Below, in pieces: positions 33,299-42,470 of a stretch of DNA of 64,000 nucleotides; the stretch's first letter is position 1; each line of letters opens with the position of its first letter. The position numbers were made by a program, and so were the translations under genes. Origin of the DNA: an uncultured Desulfobacterales bacterium (GTDB taxonomy: Bacteria; Desulfobacterota; Dissulfuribacteria; Dissulfuribacterales; JALVPX01); NCBI GenBank assembly GCA_964459155.1, contig CAYWKF010000011.1, positions 84,011-148,010 of the forward strand. The letters run 5' to 3'. Below the pieces are notes generated by a model that was not told the origin of the DNA, ran no database searches, and worked only from the letters and a program-made list of their open reading frames with translations.

Positions 33299-35992
33299 AT
33301 GTCTTCAAGAATGAAGATCTGGATTCTGGTCCTGGTAGTAATTTACATATTGGCCTCTATTGTTGATTGCCAACAGAGGAAAAAAAGGCGTCATGAGGTT
33401 AAGCATGAGGCCAAGGTTGAATTAAGGCATGAGCCACAAAAACCACAAGGCAAGATCGTTATTTCTGGCTTGGAAGAAGGCAAGCCTTGCAGCCAGATCG
33501 AAGAAAAATATAAGGGCATGCTCAAAGCCAAGAATGAGGAACTGGCTGCCTGCAAGAAGGCCCTAAAAGAGACCACTGAAACCTCAGAAAAAATCAAAGA
33601 GTTGAACAGCCAAGTTGCCAAGCTCAAAGAGGAGCGGGACAGTTTGGCTCTCAAAGTCGAGGCCTTGGAGCAGGAAAAGGCTGCCTTGGTGTCAGAGGCA
33701 AGCCAGTTGAAGGCTCAGCTCAACGCAAACAAGCAACGCATAGCAGAACTTGAAAGGTCTTTGAAAGACACTGTGCGCACCCAGCAAGAGGTACTTCAGC
33801 TGGTCCAGTCAAAGGCCAATCAGATCACCGAGCTGCAGCAGGCAATCTCGGAAAGGGTATCTGAACTAAACCGTATCAAAAGGATCTTTAATCAGAACAA
33901 GGCCAAGTTGGAGCAGGTTGAGGGCGAGTTGGCAGCTGCAAAAAAGGAAATAGCTGCACTGAAGGCAACCGTGGCAGAAAAGGATCAAAAGATTGCCACC
34001 CTTGAAAACATGCTCTCTAAGGCTCAGGCAGACCTCAGCGAAAAGAGCGCCGTTATCGAAAAATTGAAGTCTAGCATTGCTGCCCTGGAGAGCGAAAAGG
34101 GCGAGACTGCAAAGGACCTTGCCAAGGCAGAGGCCCAGATCCTGGAACTCCAGAAGGCCCTCGCAGCAAAAGAAGGCGCTTTGAAGGAGATGCGTTCCGC
34201 CCTTTCGGAGGCACAGAATAAGCTTCAAATTATTGCAGAATACAAGAACCGCATTGGAGCTCTTCAGAAAGAAAAAGAGGAAATAGGTTCGAAGCTGGCC
34301 CAAGTGTTGGCTTTTCAAAAGGAATTCAAAAAGACCTACGATGAGTTGCTGAAAAAATGCAATCAGCAAGAGGAGCTTTTAAAACAGGCCCTGGCCGATG
34401 CCAAAAAACTGCCCGAGGCAGAGGCCAAGCTGGCAGAGCTGAAAAAGGCCTTGGCAGAGTCTGAAAAGGCCAAGGAAAATGCTGAAATGTTGCTTAAAGA
34501 CAAGGAAGCAGAACTTGCCGGATTGAAGGAAAAATTGGGCACCACATTGGCGAGGCTCGATAAACTTGAAGAACAGATTGCAGCCTGTAGAGAGACTGAG
34601 GCAGCCCTTGCAGCCCTTAAGAGCGAGAAAGAACAGCTCTCTTCCCAGTTCGTAGAGACCAAGAATAAGCTGGAAGGTCTGCAGAAGGTCCTTATCGAAG
34701 TCCAAAAGGTGGCTGATGATGCCAAGGCTCGTTATGAGGCCTTGAAGTCGGAGAAGGAGAAGCTGGCAGGTGAGCTTTCTACTCTGCAGGAGAAGGTGTC
34801 GAGTCTTGAGAAGTCATTGGCAGAGGCTGAGTCAGCCAAGGCCGAGGCTTTGAAGGAGGCAGAGGCGAAGGCAGCAGAGGTATCTTCTTTGAAGGAGCAG
34901 CTGGCATCTGTTCAGTCAGAGCTTGAGGCATTGAAGCAGAAGGCCACGGTTTGTGAGGAGGCCAATGCTACCATAGTAGCCTTGAAGTCAGAGAAGGAGA
35001 AATTGGCTTCAGATCTAGCAACAGTCCAGTCTGAACTCGATTCCTTGAAGCAGAAATTGGCAGAGTATGAAGAGGCCAAAGGCACCATTGAGGCCCTCAA
35101 GGCAGAGAAGGAAAAATTAGCTGCAGAGCTGGAAGGCCTAAAGGTCAAGCTTGCAGAGAGCACTAAGACCATAGAGCAGCTCAATGCCAAGTTGGCTGGT
35201 GACGAGTCAAAGATCTCTGAACTCGTCGCAGCCCTGGAGAAAGCCAAGTCTGAAGCGTCCTCCTTGGCAGAGCAAGCCGCCAAGGTTGCAGCCCTAGAAC
35301 AGAAGATAGGCGAGCTTGAGGCAGCATCAAAGGCAAAAGAAAGTGCCCTAAAGGCTGCTGAGAAAAATGCAGCAGAACTCAAGGCAAAGGTTGCTGAGCT
35401 TGAGCAGAAGGTGGCCCAGCTTGAATCTGAAAGCCAAAAAGCGGCCGAGCTTCAGGCCCTGCTGGACCAGAAGAAGGTAGAGCTTGATCAGTTGAAGGCT
35501 AGAATATCAGAGCTAGAAGCCAACCTCAAAGAGTGTGCTGAAATGAAACTTGAGGCCTTGGATGCAGATAAAGATGGCATACCCAACGAGTCAGATCTTT
35601 GCCCAGGCACCCCTGAAGGAGTCAAGGTCGACAAGCTGGGATGTGGGCCCGACCAGGTGATACTCCTTAAAGGAGTAAACTTTGCCTTTGGCACTGCTGA
35701 ACTTACAGAAGAGGCAAAACAGGTTCTGGACGGTGTTGCCGACATTCTGAAACGTTATCCTGAATTGAAACTGGAAGTTGCTGGCCATACGGACAATATC
35801 GGCGACCGTCAGAACAATATCCGCTTGTCCCAGGCGAGGGCCGATGCCGTCAAGAACTATTTGGTGAAAAAGGGAATCTCACCTGACAGGCTTGTAGCCA
35901 AGGGTTATGGGCCTGATCAGCCCATTGCAGACAACAGCACCCGGGCTGGAAGGGCAGCTAACCGGCGGGTTGAGTTGAGAAAGATACAGTAA
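33299..35992 (+). CDS. ~900-aa protein: N-terminal TM/signal, ~750 aa coiled coil, TSP3-like Ca-binding motif, C-terminal OmpA/MotB peptidoglycan-binding domain
   Basis: GAGGAGG precedes the ATG at 33299. A long heptad-rich E/K/A/L region is followed by DADKDGIPNESDLCPGTPEG. The C-terminus is NFAFGTAELT..LEVAGHTDNIGDRQNNIRLSQARADAVKNYL..NRRVEL (OmpA_C). Confidence 0.8.
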   Translation: MSSRMKIWILVLVVIYILASIVDCQQRKKRRHEVKHEAKVELRHEPQKPQGKIVISGLEEGKPCSQIEEKYKGMLKAKNEELAACKKALKETTETSEKIKELNSQVAKLKEERDSLALKVEALEQEKAALVSEASQLKAQLNANKQRIAELERSLKDTVRTQQEVLQLVQSKANQITELQQAISERVSELNRIKRIFNQNKAKLEQVEGELAAAKKEIAALKATVAEKDQKIATLENMLSKAQADLSEKSAVIEKLKSSIAALESEKGETAKDLAKAEAQILELQKALAAKEGALKEMRSALSEAQNKLQIIAEYKNRIGALQKEKEEIGSKLAQVLAFQKEFKKTYDELLKKCNQQEELLKQALADAKKLPEAEAKLAELKKALAESEKAKENAEMLLKDKEAELAGLKEKLGTTLARLDKLEEQIAACRETEAALAALKSEKEQLSSQFVETKNKLEGLQKVLIEVQKVADDAKARYEALKSEKEKLAGELSTLQEKVSSLEKSLAEAESAKAEALKEAEAKAAEVSSLKEQLASVQSELEALKQKATVCEEANATIVALKSEKEKLASDLATVQSELDSLKQKLAEYEEAKGTIEALKAEKEKLAAELEGLKVKLAESTKTIEQLNAKLAGDESKISELVAALEKAKSEASSLAEQAAKVAALEQKIGELEAASKAKESALKAAEKNAAELKAKVAELEQKVAQLESESQKAAELQALLDQKKVELDQLKARISELEANLKECAEMKLEALDADKDGIPNESDLCPGTPEGVKVDKLGCGPDQVILLKGVNFAFGTAELTEEAKQVLDGVADILKRYPELKLEVAGHTDNIGDRQNNIRLSQARADAVKNYLVKKGISPDRLVAKGYGPDQPIADNSTRAGRAANRRVELRKIQ
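34612..35130 (+). repeat. Internal repeats within the coiled-coil gene
   Basis: Four copies of ALK(S/A)EKE(K/Q)L-type segments: LAALKSEKEQLSS, YEALKSEKEKLAGEL, IVALKSEKEKLASDL, IEALKAEKEKLAAEL. The matching DNA similarity (gccttgaagtc(g/a)gagaaggagaa..) starts near 34612, 34738, 34978 and 35093. Confidence 0.7.
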
Positions 35993-36043
35993 TAGAATAG
36001 GTTGGTTGCCCTTGTAATAGGGCAGCATGAGACCACCGAGGAG

Positions 36044-36070
36044 GGCCCTGGGAAAACCAGGGCCTTTTTA
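36044..36070 (+). terminator. Rho-independent terminator after the OmpA-domain gene
   Basis: GGCCCTGG-gaaaa-CCAGGGCC followed by TTTTTAATTT. Confidence 0.75.
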
Positions 36071-36087
36071 ATTTGAATCTGCACGAA

Positions 36088-39000
36088 ATGGCTAATGAGG
36101 CAAAGGGAAAGCGTGAAAACTGCATAAAGATCAGGGGGCTTTCCATACACAATTTGAAATCTCTTGATCTGGATATCCCTCTTGGGACATTTGTGACCAT
36201 CACGGGACCTTCTGGTGCTGGCAAATCTTCCCTTGCCCTGGATACGCTCTATGCAGAGTCTCAGAGCAGATATGTTGAGACCTTTTCTCCCTACGTGCGG
36301 CAGCTTATGGAGCGAAGGCCCAGACCTCCAGCCAGGTTGATAGAAAATCTGCCTGCTGCTATCGCCATAGGCCAGTCAAACCCGGTGAGGAGCGCACGCT
36401 CTACAGTAGCCAGCCTAAGCGACATTACCCATCCAGCCAAACTTCTCTATTGGCGCATGGCTACCCTTCACTGTCCCAATTGCCAACAGCCAGTGCAAAG
36501 AGAAGGCTTTGAATCAGTGGCCGCTTTTTTGAAAAAGAAAAATGTAGAACATGGCTATGCCACGATAACTGCGTTGGTTTCTGATCCAAACCCAAGCCGG
36601 TTGGAGGAACAAGGCTACTTCAGGTTCCTCATCGATGGAAAAGTAGAAAGATTGGAAGAGAGTGCCTTTATCCCCAATCCTGTTGAGATAGTAATAGACC
36701 GGTTCGATCTCCAAAAAGTGGATAGGAAGAGGCTTTTCGATGCCTGCAAGCAAGGCTTTTCCATTGGAACCGGCATGATCAGGCTTCATCTTCCTGACGG
36801 AACCACTGCACCATTCAGCTCATCTTTTCACTGTCCAAGATGTGACAGGTGGTTTGATGAGCCAGTGCCTGATCTTTTTTCTTTTAATTCCCCTTCAGGA
36901 GCCTGTGCAGAATGTCAGGGATTTGGCCGTATCATGGACATCGACTGGAATCTGGTTATTCCAGATCCTTCGAAGAGCATTGCTGCTGGTTGTATAAGGC
37001 CCTTTGAGAACTGGAAGGATGAAAGGTATGAGTTGCTGGCCTGGTGCGAAAAAGAGGGCATAGATGTTGAGCGTCCATGGCAGGATCTTCCAGAAGAGGC
37101 AAAACAGGACATAATCTTCGGCAGGGGAGACTGGTATGGCATAAAAGCGGTGTTCGACTATTTGGAATCTAAGCGTTACAAGCCCCACGTTAGAATGCTT
37201 CTTTCAAAATACCGGGCCTATTTGACATGTCCAAGGTGCCTAGGTGCTAAATTTAGGCCTGAGACGTTGTGGTACAGAATAAGCGGTAAGAGCGTAGCAG
37301 ATTTTTACGCCTTGGATATCACCGGCGCTGCTCACTGGATGGAGACCTTGAAGGCCGTGGCCAGGGACGAAGCTGCTAAGGCCCTTGTGGAAGACATCCA
37401 TGCTAAGCTTGTGACCCTGGAAAGGGCAGGCCTTGGTTATTTGACCTTGGACCGGCAATCCAGGACTTTGTCTGGTGGTGAAGTGGCCAGGATATCCTTG
37501 GCCAAGGCCCTGTCATCAAGGCTCACAGAAACCCTTTTCGTGTTGGACGAGCCCACTGTAGGGCTTCACCCAAATGATACCAAGAAGCTCGTGGGATTGC
37601 TTCATGACCTTCGAAGTCAAGGCAACACAGTTATTGTAGTGGAACATGACCATTCTGTTGCAGCCAACTCTGACGTGGTAATCGAATTGGGGCCAGGGCC
37701 TGGCGAAAAGGGGGGAATGATAACCTTTTCAGGAAGTGCTTCCAAATGGCTTGCTAGGCAGGAAAGATATATTCCCATTATAAACAAAAAACCCCGGCAG
37801 CCAGAAAGATTTCTCCAAGTTTCTGGTGCACGCACCCATAACTTGAAGGATATAGACGTCAAGATTCCTTTGAACTGCCTCACTGTGGTATGTGGGGTTT
37901 CTGGATCTGGAAAGAGTTCGTTAGTCGATGAGACACTTTACAAAGGGCTTCTGCGTTTGAAAGGGTTGTCCACCGAACCTCCTGGTGAATTCGATTCTAT
38001 TGAAGGGGCCGTAGAGTTGCGCAAGGTTTTTCTGCTGGACCAGAGTCCCCTTGGCAGAACACCCCGAGGCTGCCCGGCCTCTTATCTCAAGGTGCTCGAT
38101 GTCATAAGGAAGTGTTTTGCAGCCACTTCCATGGCCAGAGAAATCGGTCTTACCCCTGGCTCCTTTTCCTATAATTCTTCTGCCGGGCAATGCCCAGTTT
38201 GTAAAGGCCAGGGAAGCGAGGTCGTCTCCATGCAGTTCTTGCCGGACATAAGCCTTCCATGCCCTGAGTGCCATGGAGCACGCCTTAGAAAGGATGTATT
38301 AGCCATTTTTTACCAAGGTAAAAACATGCAGGACGTCTTTGAAATGACACTGGAAGAGGCTGTTTCCCATTTCAAAAAAATGTCCAAGGTGAGGGATGCT
38401 TTGAACACGGCGATCAGGCTTGGGCTGGGATACCTGCGCCTGGGTCAGCCAATCCATACCCTTTCTGGGGGTGAGGCCCAGCGCCTTAAAATCGCCAGGT
38501 GCCTTAAAGAAGGCGAGGCCAGTGGCTGCTTGTACATCCTCGATGAACCAACCCGGGGGTTGTCCTGTAAAGAGGTGGAACTCCTTATGTCAGCCCTGAA
38601 ACAGTTGATCGAAGAGGGCGGTACTGTGGTGGCAGTGGAACATGATCTTCACGTAATAACAGCGGCAGACTGGGTTGTGGAACTTGGACCTGGTGGTGGG
38701 AAAGATGGCGGCAAGATAATTTTTTCCGGTCCCCCTGCAGGACTGCTTGAATGCAAGGTTTCAAACTGCCGAAAGGCCTTGGAGAACTTCGGGAGATCGA
38801 CACACGTTGAGGCGCCCAGATCCGAAAGCCCAAAGGGCAACAGCGCAATCGAAATATATGGAGCAAGAGAACACAACCTGAAGGGCATAAACGTATCAAT
38901 CCCCAAAAAGAAGTTCGTAGTTGTTACGGGAGTATCGGGATCTGGAAAATCGACCCTTGCCTTTGACATAATATTTTCTGAAGGCCAGCGTAGATACATT

Positions 39001-41337
39001 GAGAGCTTGCCAGCCTATATGCGCCAGTTCTTGAAGCTGTATGAGAAACCAGATGTGGAACGAATACTTGGCCTTACACCCACGGTTGCATTGGAACAGC
39101 GTGCCACCAACTTTGGAGCAAAGTCCACAGTGGGGACCATGACGGAGGTGTACCACTATTTGCGCCTCCTCTATGCAAAGGCATCTACGCCATTTTGCCT
39201 AGACTGTGGCACTGAAATGGGAAAGCAAGAGTTTGATCAAGTGGTAACCTGCTTGATGAAAAAATATGGCAAAGAGCCAATCGCCTTTTTGGTTCCAAAG
39301 GTCAGAAACCGCAAGGGTTGGTTCCAGCCAGTGTTCGAACATGCGGTCAAGTCGGGTGCAGCGTTTGCCAGGATAGATGGAAATATTGTGAATATCCCAC
39401 CGATTCCTCGACTTTCAAGGTACAAGGCCCACAACATTGAAATAGGATATGGTCCTGCCAGGTTCCCGAAAACCAATACCTCTGAAGAGGCAAGGCAGTT
39501 CCTGAAGGGTTTGTTTGAACAGGGTGGTGGAGAAATAATAGTCCTGGACGAGACAGGGGCAGAGGAACGATTCAGCCTGAAATTCTGGTGCCGGGAGTGT
39601 GGAAACAGTGCAGCCGAACCAGATCCTTTGCTATTCTCTTTCAATACTCGCAGTGGTGCATGTCCCAGGTGCACAGGTACAGGGTTCGAGGAGTCTGGTC
39701 AGAGGTGCATTGCATGCCGAGGAAGCAGGTTGTCTGAATCAGCCAGACAGTGGCGAATAGATGGAGTTGGTATCGACCACTTTTTGGCGCTTGAAATCTC
39801 TGATGCCTTGAAACTTGCGAGGTCATGGGCCAAAGGATTGCCTTTTCCTGAAAGGTTAAAGCCAGTGACGGTACCTTTGCTCGAAACCATTGTTCGCACA
39901 CTGACATTCCTTGACGAAGTCGGTCTAGGCTACTTGCAGTTGGAACGGGCAGGCCATGGTCTGTCTGGAGGAGAGACTCAGCGCATAAGGCTTGCAGCTT
40001 CCCTTGGTTCAGGTCTTACTGGCGTTACGATGGTTTTAGATGAGCCGACCATAGGGCTTCATCCATCTGACAACAAGCTGCTTCTCAAATCTCTCAAAAA
40101 ATTGTGCGGCCAAGGTAATTCTGTAATCGTAGTGGAGCATGACGAGGAGACCATTAGGGAGTCAGATTGGGTGATAGACCTTGGTCCAGGTGGGGGAGCA
40201 CAAGGAGGCAGGGTGTTGTTCAGTGGTCCTCCAGACAAACTCGCAGGCCTAGAAATAAGTGCCACTGGCAGGATGCTTGCCAACAAGGATAAAATCACAG
40301 GCCTTAAAAGGTCAAGGCGTCAATTTTCAGATTTTTTAAGGCTTGAAGGTTGTAATCATCGCAATCTCAAAAGTGTGGACGTTGCTATTCCAGCCAAAGC
40401 CCTCACAGTGGTTTGTGGGGTGTCTGGTTCAGGAAAGAGTACCTTAGTGGATGGAATAGTTGCTACCAATGTACAGGAATGGATTCTGAGGGGAGACCAA
40501 GCACAGCCGCTGAAGTGCAGCACAGTAGAGGGTGTTCATTTGTTCAAAGCCATCAAGAAAGTGGACCATTCGCCCATAGGCAAAACATCCCGCTCCTGTC
40601 CAGCCACCTATTGCAAGCTGCTTGATCCCATAAGGATGCTTCTGGCTGCCACACCCGATGCCAGGCGAATGGGCTTTCGGCCCTCCACTTTTTCCTTCAA
40701 CGTGGAAGGTGGAAGATGCGAATTGTGCAAAGGGCAGGCTCATACCAAGGTGGTCCTTGGTTTTTTGCCAGATGTGTATGTGCGGTGCAGCCGTTGCATG
40801 GGTACCCGTTTCAAGCAGGAGGTCTTGAATGTCTACTGGCGTGGAAAAAACATCTCAGACATACTCAATATGACCATTGAGGAGGCGCGGGAACTGTTCA
40901 AACCAGTGCCCAACTTATTCAAGCCTCTTTCAATACTATGTGAGCTTGGAATCGGCTACTTAAGCCTGGGCCAGCCAAGCCCCACTCTGTCAGGGGGCGA
41001 GGCTCAGAGGCTCAAGCTTGGTAGGGAACTCATTTCAGGGAAGCCAGAGAGTACTATTTATCTGCTGGATGAGCCTACCACAGGGCTTCACATGGAAGAT
41101 GTTGAACGGCTTGTCCGTTTTTTGCACAGAATGGTGGACAAGGGCGCCACCATAGTAGTCATCGAACACAATTTGGACGTCATAAGAAACAGTGATTGGG
41201 TGGTGGAACTTGGCCCGGGTGGGGGAAGGCATGGCGGAAAGGTACTGTATTGTGGCCCTTCTGAACAATTTCTAAATGGATCTGTTAAGACCCCTACATC
41301 CAGCCTTGTAAACCAGACTTTCCATACTTATCGTTAA
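36088..41337 (+). CDS. Tandem-duplicated UvrA paralogue (four ABC ATPase modules, about 1749 aa)
   Basis: Walker A x4: GPSGAGKSSLALDTLYAE, GVSGSGKSSLVDETLYKG, GVSGSGKSTLAFDIIFSEG, GVSGSGKSTLVDGIVATN. Signature x4: LSGGEVARISLA, LSGGEAQRLKIA, LSGGETQRIRLA, LSGGEAQRLKLG. UvrA-type Cys pairs (CPNC, CPRC, CPVCKG, CPEC, CELCKG..) are present. The ORF is open from the TTG at 36073. Confidence 0.85.
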   Translation: MANEAKGKRENCIKIRGLSIHNLKSLDLDIPLGTFVTITGPSGAGKSSLALDTLYAESQSRYVETFSPYVRQLMERRPRPPARLIENLPAAIAIGQSNPVRSARSTVASLSDITHPAKLLYWRMATLHCPNCQQPVQREGFESVAAFLKKKNVEHGYATITALVSDPNPSRLEEQGYFRFLIDGKVERLEESAFIPNPVEIVIDRFDLQKVDRKRLFDACKQGFSIGTGMIRLHLPDGTTAPFSSSFHCPRCDRWFDEPVPDLFSFNSPSGACAECQGFGRIMDIDWNLVIPDPSKSIAAGCIRPFENWKDERYELLAWCEKEGIDVERPWQDLPEEAKQDIIFGRGDWYGIKAVFDYLESKRYKPHVRMLLSKYRAYLTCPRCLGAKFRPETLWYRISGKSVADFYALDITGAAHWMETLKAVARDEAAKALVEDIHAKLVTLERAGLGYLTLDRQSRTLSGGEVARISLAKALSSRLTETLFVLDEPTVGLHPNDTKKLVGLLHDLRSQGNTVIVVEHDHSVAANSDVVIELGPGPGEKGGMITFSGSASKWLARQERYIPIINKKPRQPERFLQVSGARTHNLKDIDVKIPLNCLTVVCGVSGSGKSSLVDETLYKGLLRLKGLSTEPPGEFDSIEGAVELRKVFLLDQSPLGRTPRGCPASYLKVLDVIRKCFAATSMAREIGLTPGSFSYNSSAGQCPVCKGQGSEVVSMQFLPDISLPCPECHGARLRKDVLAIFYQGKNMQDVFEMTLEEAVSHFKKMSKVRDALNTAIRLGLGYLRLGQPIHTLSGGEAQRLKIARCLKEGEASGCLYILDEPTRGLSCKEVELLMSALKQLIEEGGTVVAVEHDLHVITAADWVVELGPGGGKDGGKIIFSGPPAGLLECKVSNCRKALENFGRSTHVEAPRSESPKGNSAIEIYGAREHNLKGINVSIPKKKFVVVTGVSGSGKSTLAFDIIFSEGQRRYIESLPAYMRQFLKLYEKPDVERILGLTPTVALEQRATNFGAKSTVGTMTEVYHYLRLLYAKASTPFCLDCGTEMGKQEFDQVVTCLMKKYGKEPIAFLVPKVRNRKGWFQPVFEHAVKSGAAFARIDGNIVNIPPIPRLSRYKAHNIEIGYGPARFPKTNTSEEARQFLKGLFEQGGGEIIVLDETGAEERFSLKFWCRECGNSAAEPDPLLFSFNTRSGACPRCTGTGFEESGQRCIACRGSRLSESARQWRIDGVGIDHFLALEISDALKLARSWAKGLPFPERLKPVTVPLLETIVRTLTFLDEVGLGYLQLERAGHGLSGGETQRIRLAASLGSGLTGVTMVLDEPTIGLHPSDNKLLLKSLKKLCGQGNSVIVVEHDEETIRESDWVIDLGPGGGAQGGRVLFSGPPDKLAGLEISATGRMLANKDKITGLKRSRRQFSDFLRLEGCNHRNLKSVDVAIPAKALTVVCGVSGSGKSTLVDGIVATNVQEWILRGDQAQPLKCSTVEGVHLFKAIKKVDHSPIGKTSRSCPATYCKLLDPIRMLLAATPDARRMGFRPSTFSFNVEGGRCELCKGQAHTKVVLGFLPDVYVRCSRCMGTRFKQEVLNVYWRGKNISDILNMTIEEARELFKPVPNLFKPLSILCELGIGYLSLGQPSPTLSGGEAQRLKLGRELISGKPESTIYLLDEPTTGLHMEDVERLVRFLHRMVDKGATIVVIEHNLDVIRNSDWVVELGPGGGRHGGKVLYCGPSEQFLNGSVKTPTSSLVNQTFHTYR

Positions 41338-41416
41338 AAATAACAAAAGGCCTGATTTCCTTGCCAAAGGCCCATCGCATGTAAAATTGAATGTGCCTTG
41401 TTTGAAAGGAGTGGTG

Positions 41417-42037
41417 ATGAATTTGAGCGGGAGTGAAATAGCACTGTATGCTGCAAGCAGCGCCTTTGTGATATTGGTGGCCTTTTTGATCTATCTGATT
41501 GTTACAATGAAGCGGAGCCTGGATGAAGCAGTGGCCACTCTAAAAAGCCTTAGGATGAGCATGACAAAGATTTCTGATGAAATCGTACCTGCTGTAGAAG
41601 GATTGGCTGAACTGCAGTCCAGTGCCAAAGCCACCTTGGACGAACTTAGAAGGAAGTCGGATATAGTGGATATTGAATTGGTGCCATTGCTTCAGGAAGC
41701 AACATCTGCGGCTCGAGAACTGAGGCTGATGGAAGAATCTTTGAATGGCTACATTAACGGACGGGTGGAGGAGATCCTGGACAATACAAACGAGGTCGCT
41801 CAAAACGCCAAACAGATTACTCAGGATGTGAAAAGAAATGTTGAGGATACAAGGGAATTTTTTGATTCAGTGCGTGAGACAGGCCAGACATTGAAGATGG
41901 TGAGTGGCCTCGTGCGAGGTGGCGTGACAGGCGCTGCAGTGCAGTTGGCCAGTATGGCAACGGGCATAAGGTCCTCTGTAGAATATCTTGCAGAAAATAT
42001 ATCAAAACAAAAAAAGGAGGTGAAAAGAGATGAGTAA
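41417..42037 (+). CDS. DUF948-like membrane-anchored coiled-coil protein
   Basis: AAGGAG lies upstream. N-terminal TM IALYAASSAFVILVAFLIYLIV is followed by helical repeats. Adjacency to a YtxH gene is typical of this family. Confidence 0.5.
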   Translation: MNLSGSEIALYAASSAFVILVAFLIYLIVTMKRSLDEAVATLKSLRMSMTKISDEIVPAVEGLAELQSSAKATLDELRRKSDIVDIELVPLLQEATSAARELRLMEESLNGYINGRVEEILDNTNEVAQNAKQITQDVKRNVEDTREFFDSVRETGQTLKMVSGLVRGGVTGAAVQLASMATGIRSSVEYLAENISKQKKEVKRDE

Positions 42038-42368
42038 CGGAAATGGACGCTATTCCCCAGGCTGTTTGGTATTGTCTTTTCTGCTTGGAGGAGCCATGGG
42101 TGCCGGCTTGACCATGCTGCTTGCTCCAAGGTCTGGTCCTGAGACCAGGGAAAAGATAAAGGATGAGACTCTTAAAGTAGCCGAAGAGGCCAAGGAGAGA
42201 ACCGAGGAATTACTTGAAAAGACCAGGCAGATGGTGGAGGAAAAGATGACGTTGATAACCTCTGCCATAGAGGCTGGCAAAGAGGCCATGGAGGCTGAGA
42301 AACAACGCCTTTTGGCCAAGATAAAAAAAGAAGCTGCAGAGGGCCAGAAGGAGGCCCCTGAGGCCTAA
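42030..42368 (+). CDS. YtxH-domain (general-stress, membrane-anchored) protein
   Basis: FLLGGAMGAGLTMLLAPRSGPETREKIKDE is the YtxH signature. AAGGAGG lies upstream, and the gene has an 8-nt overlap with the previous gene. Confidence 0.7.
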   Translation: MSNGNGRYSPGCLVLSFLLGGAMGAGLTMLLAPRSGPETREKIKDETLKVAEEAKERTEELLEKTRQMVEEKMTLITSAIEAGKEAMEAEKQRLLAKIKKEAAEGQKEAPEA

Positions 42369-42374
42369 GACACG

Positions 42375-42427
42375 CCCGGATTATGCATCTTTCAGGCGTC
42401 TTTGGCCGCCAATTTGCATAATCCGGG
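42375..42427. terminator. Long-stem hairpin between convergent genes (possible bidirectional terminator)
   Basis: CCCGGATTATGCA (42375-42387) and TGCATAATCCGGG (42415-42427) form a perfect 13-bp inverted repeat with a 27-nt spacer. There is no clear U-tract. Confidence 0.35.
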
Positions 42428-42470
42428 GTATGTTATACAGTGGCAACAGTTTCAGACTGCTTCGATTTTT

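Noticed and set aside
33391-35745. Several 85-167-aa minus-strand ORFs (e.g. 33866-34369, 34912-35382) inside the coiled-coil gene
   Set aside because: They are a by-product of the GAA/AAG/GCN-rich repetitive coding sequence. Their translations are low-complexity Ser/Ala/Phe/Leu strings.
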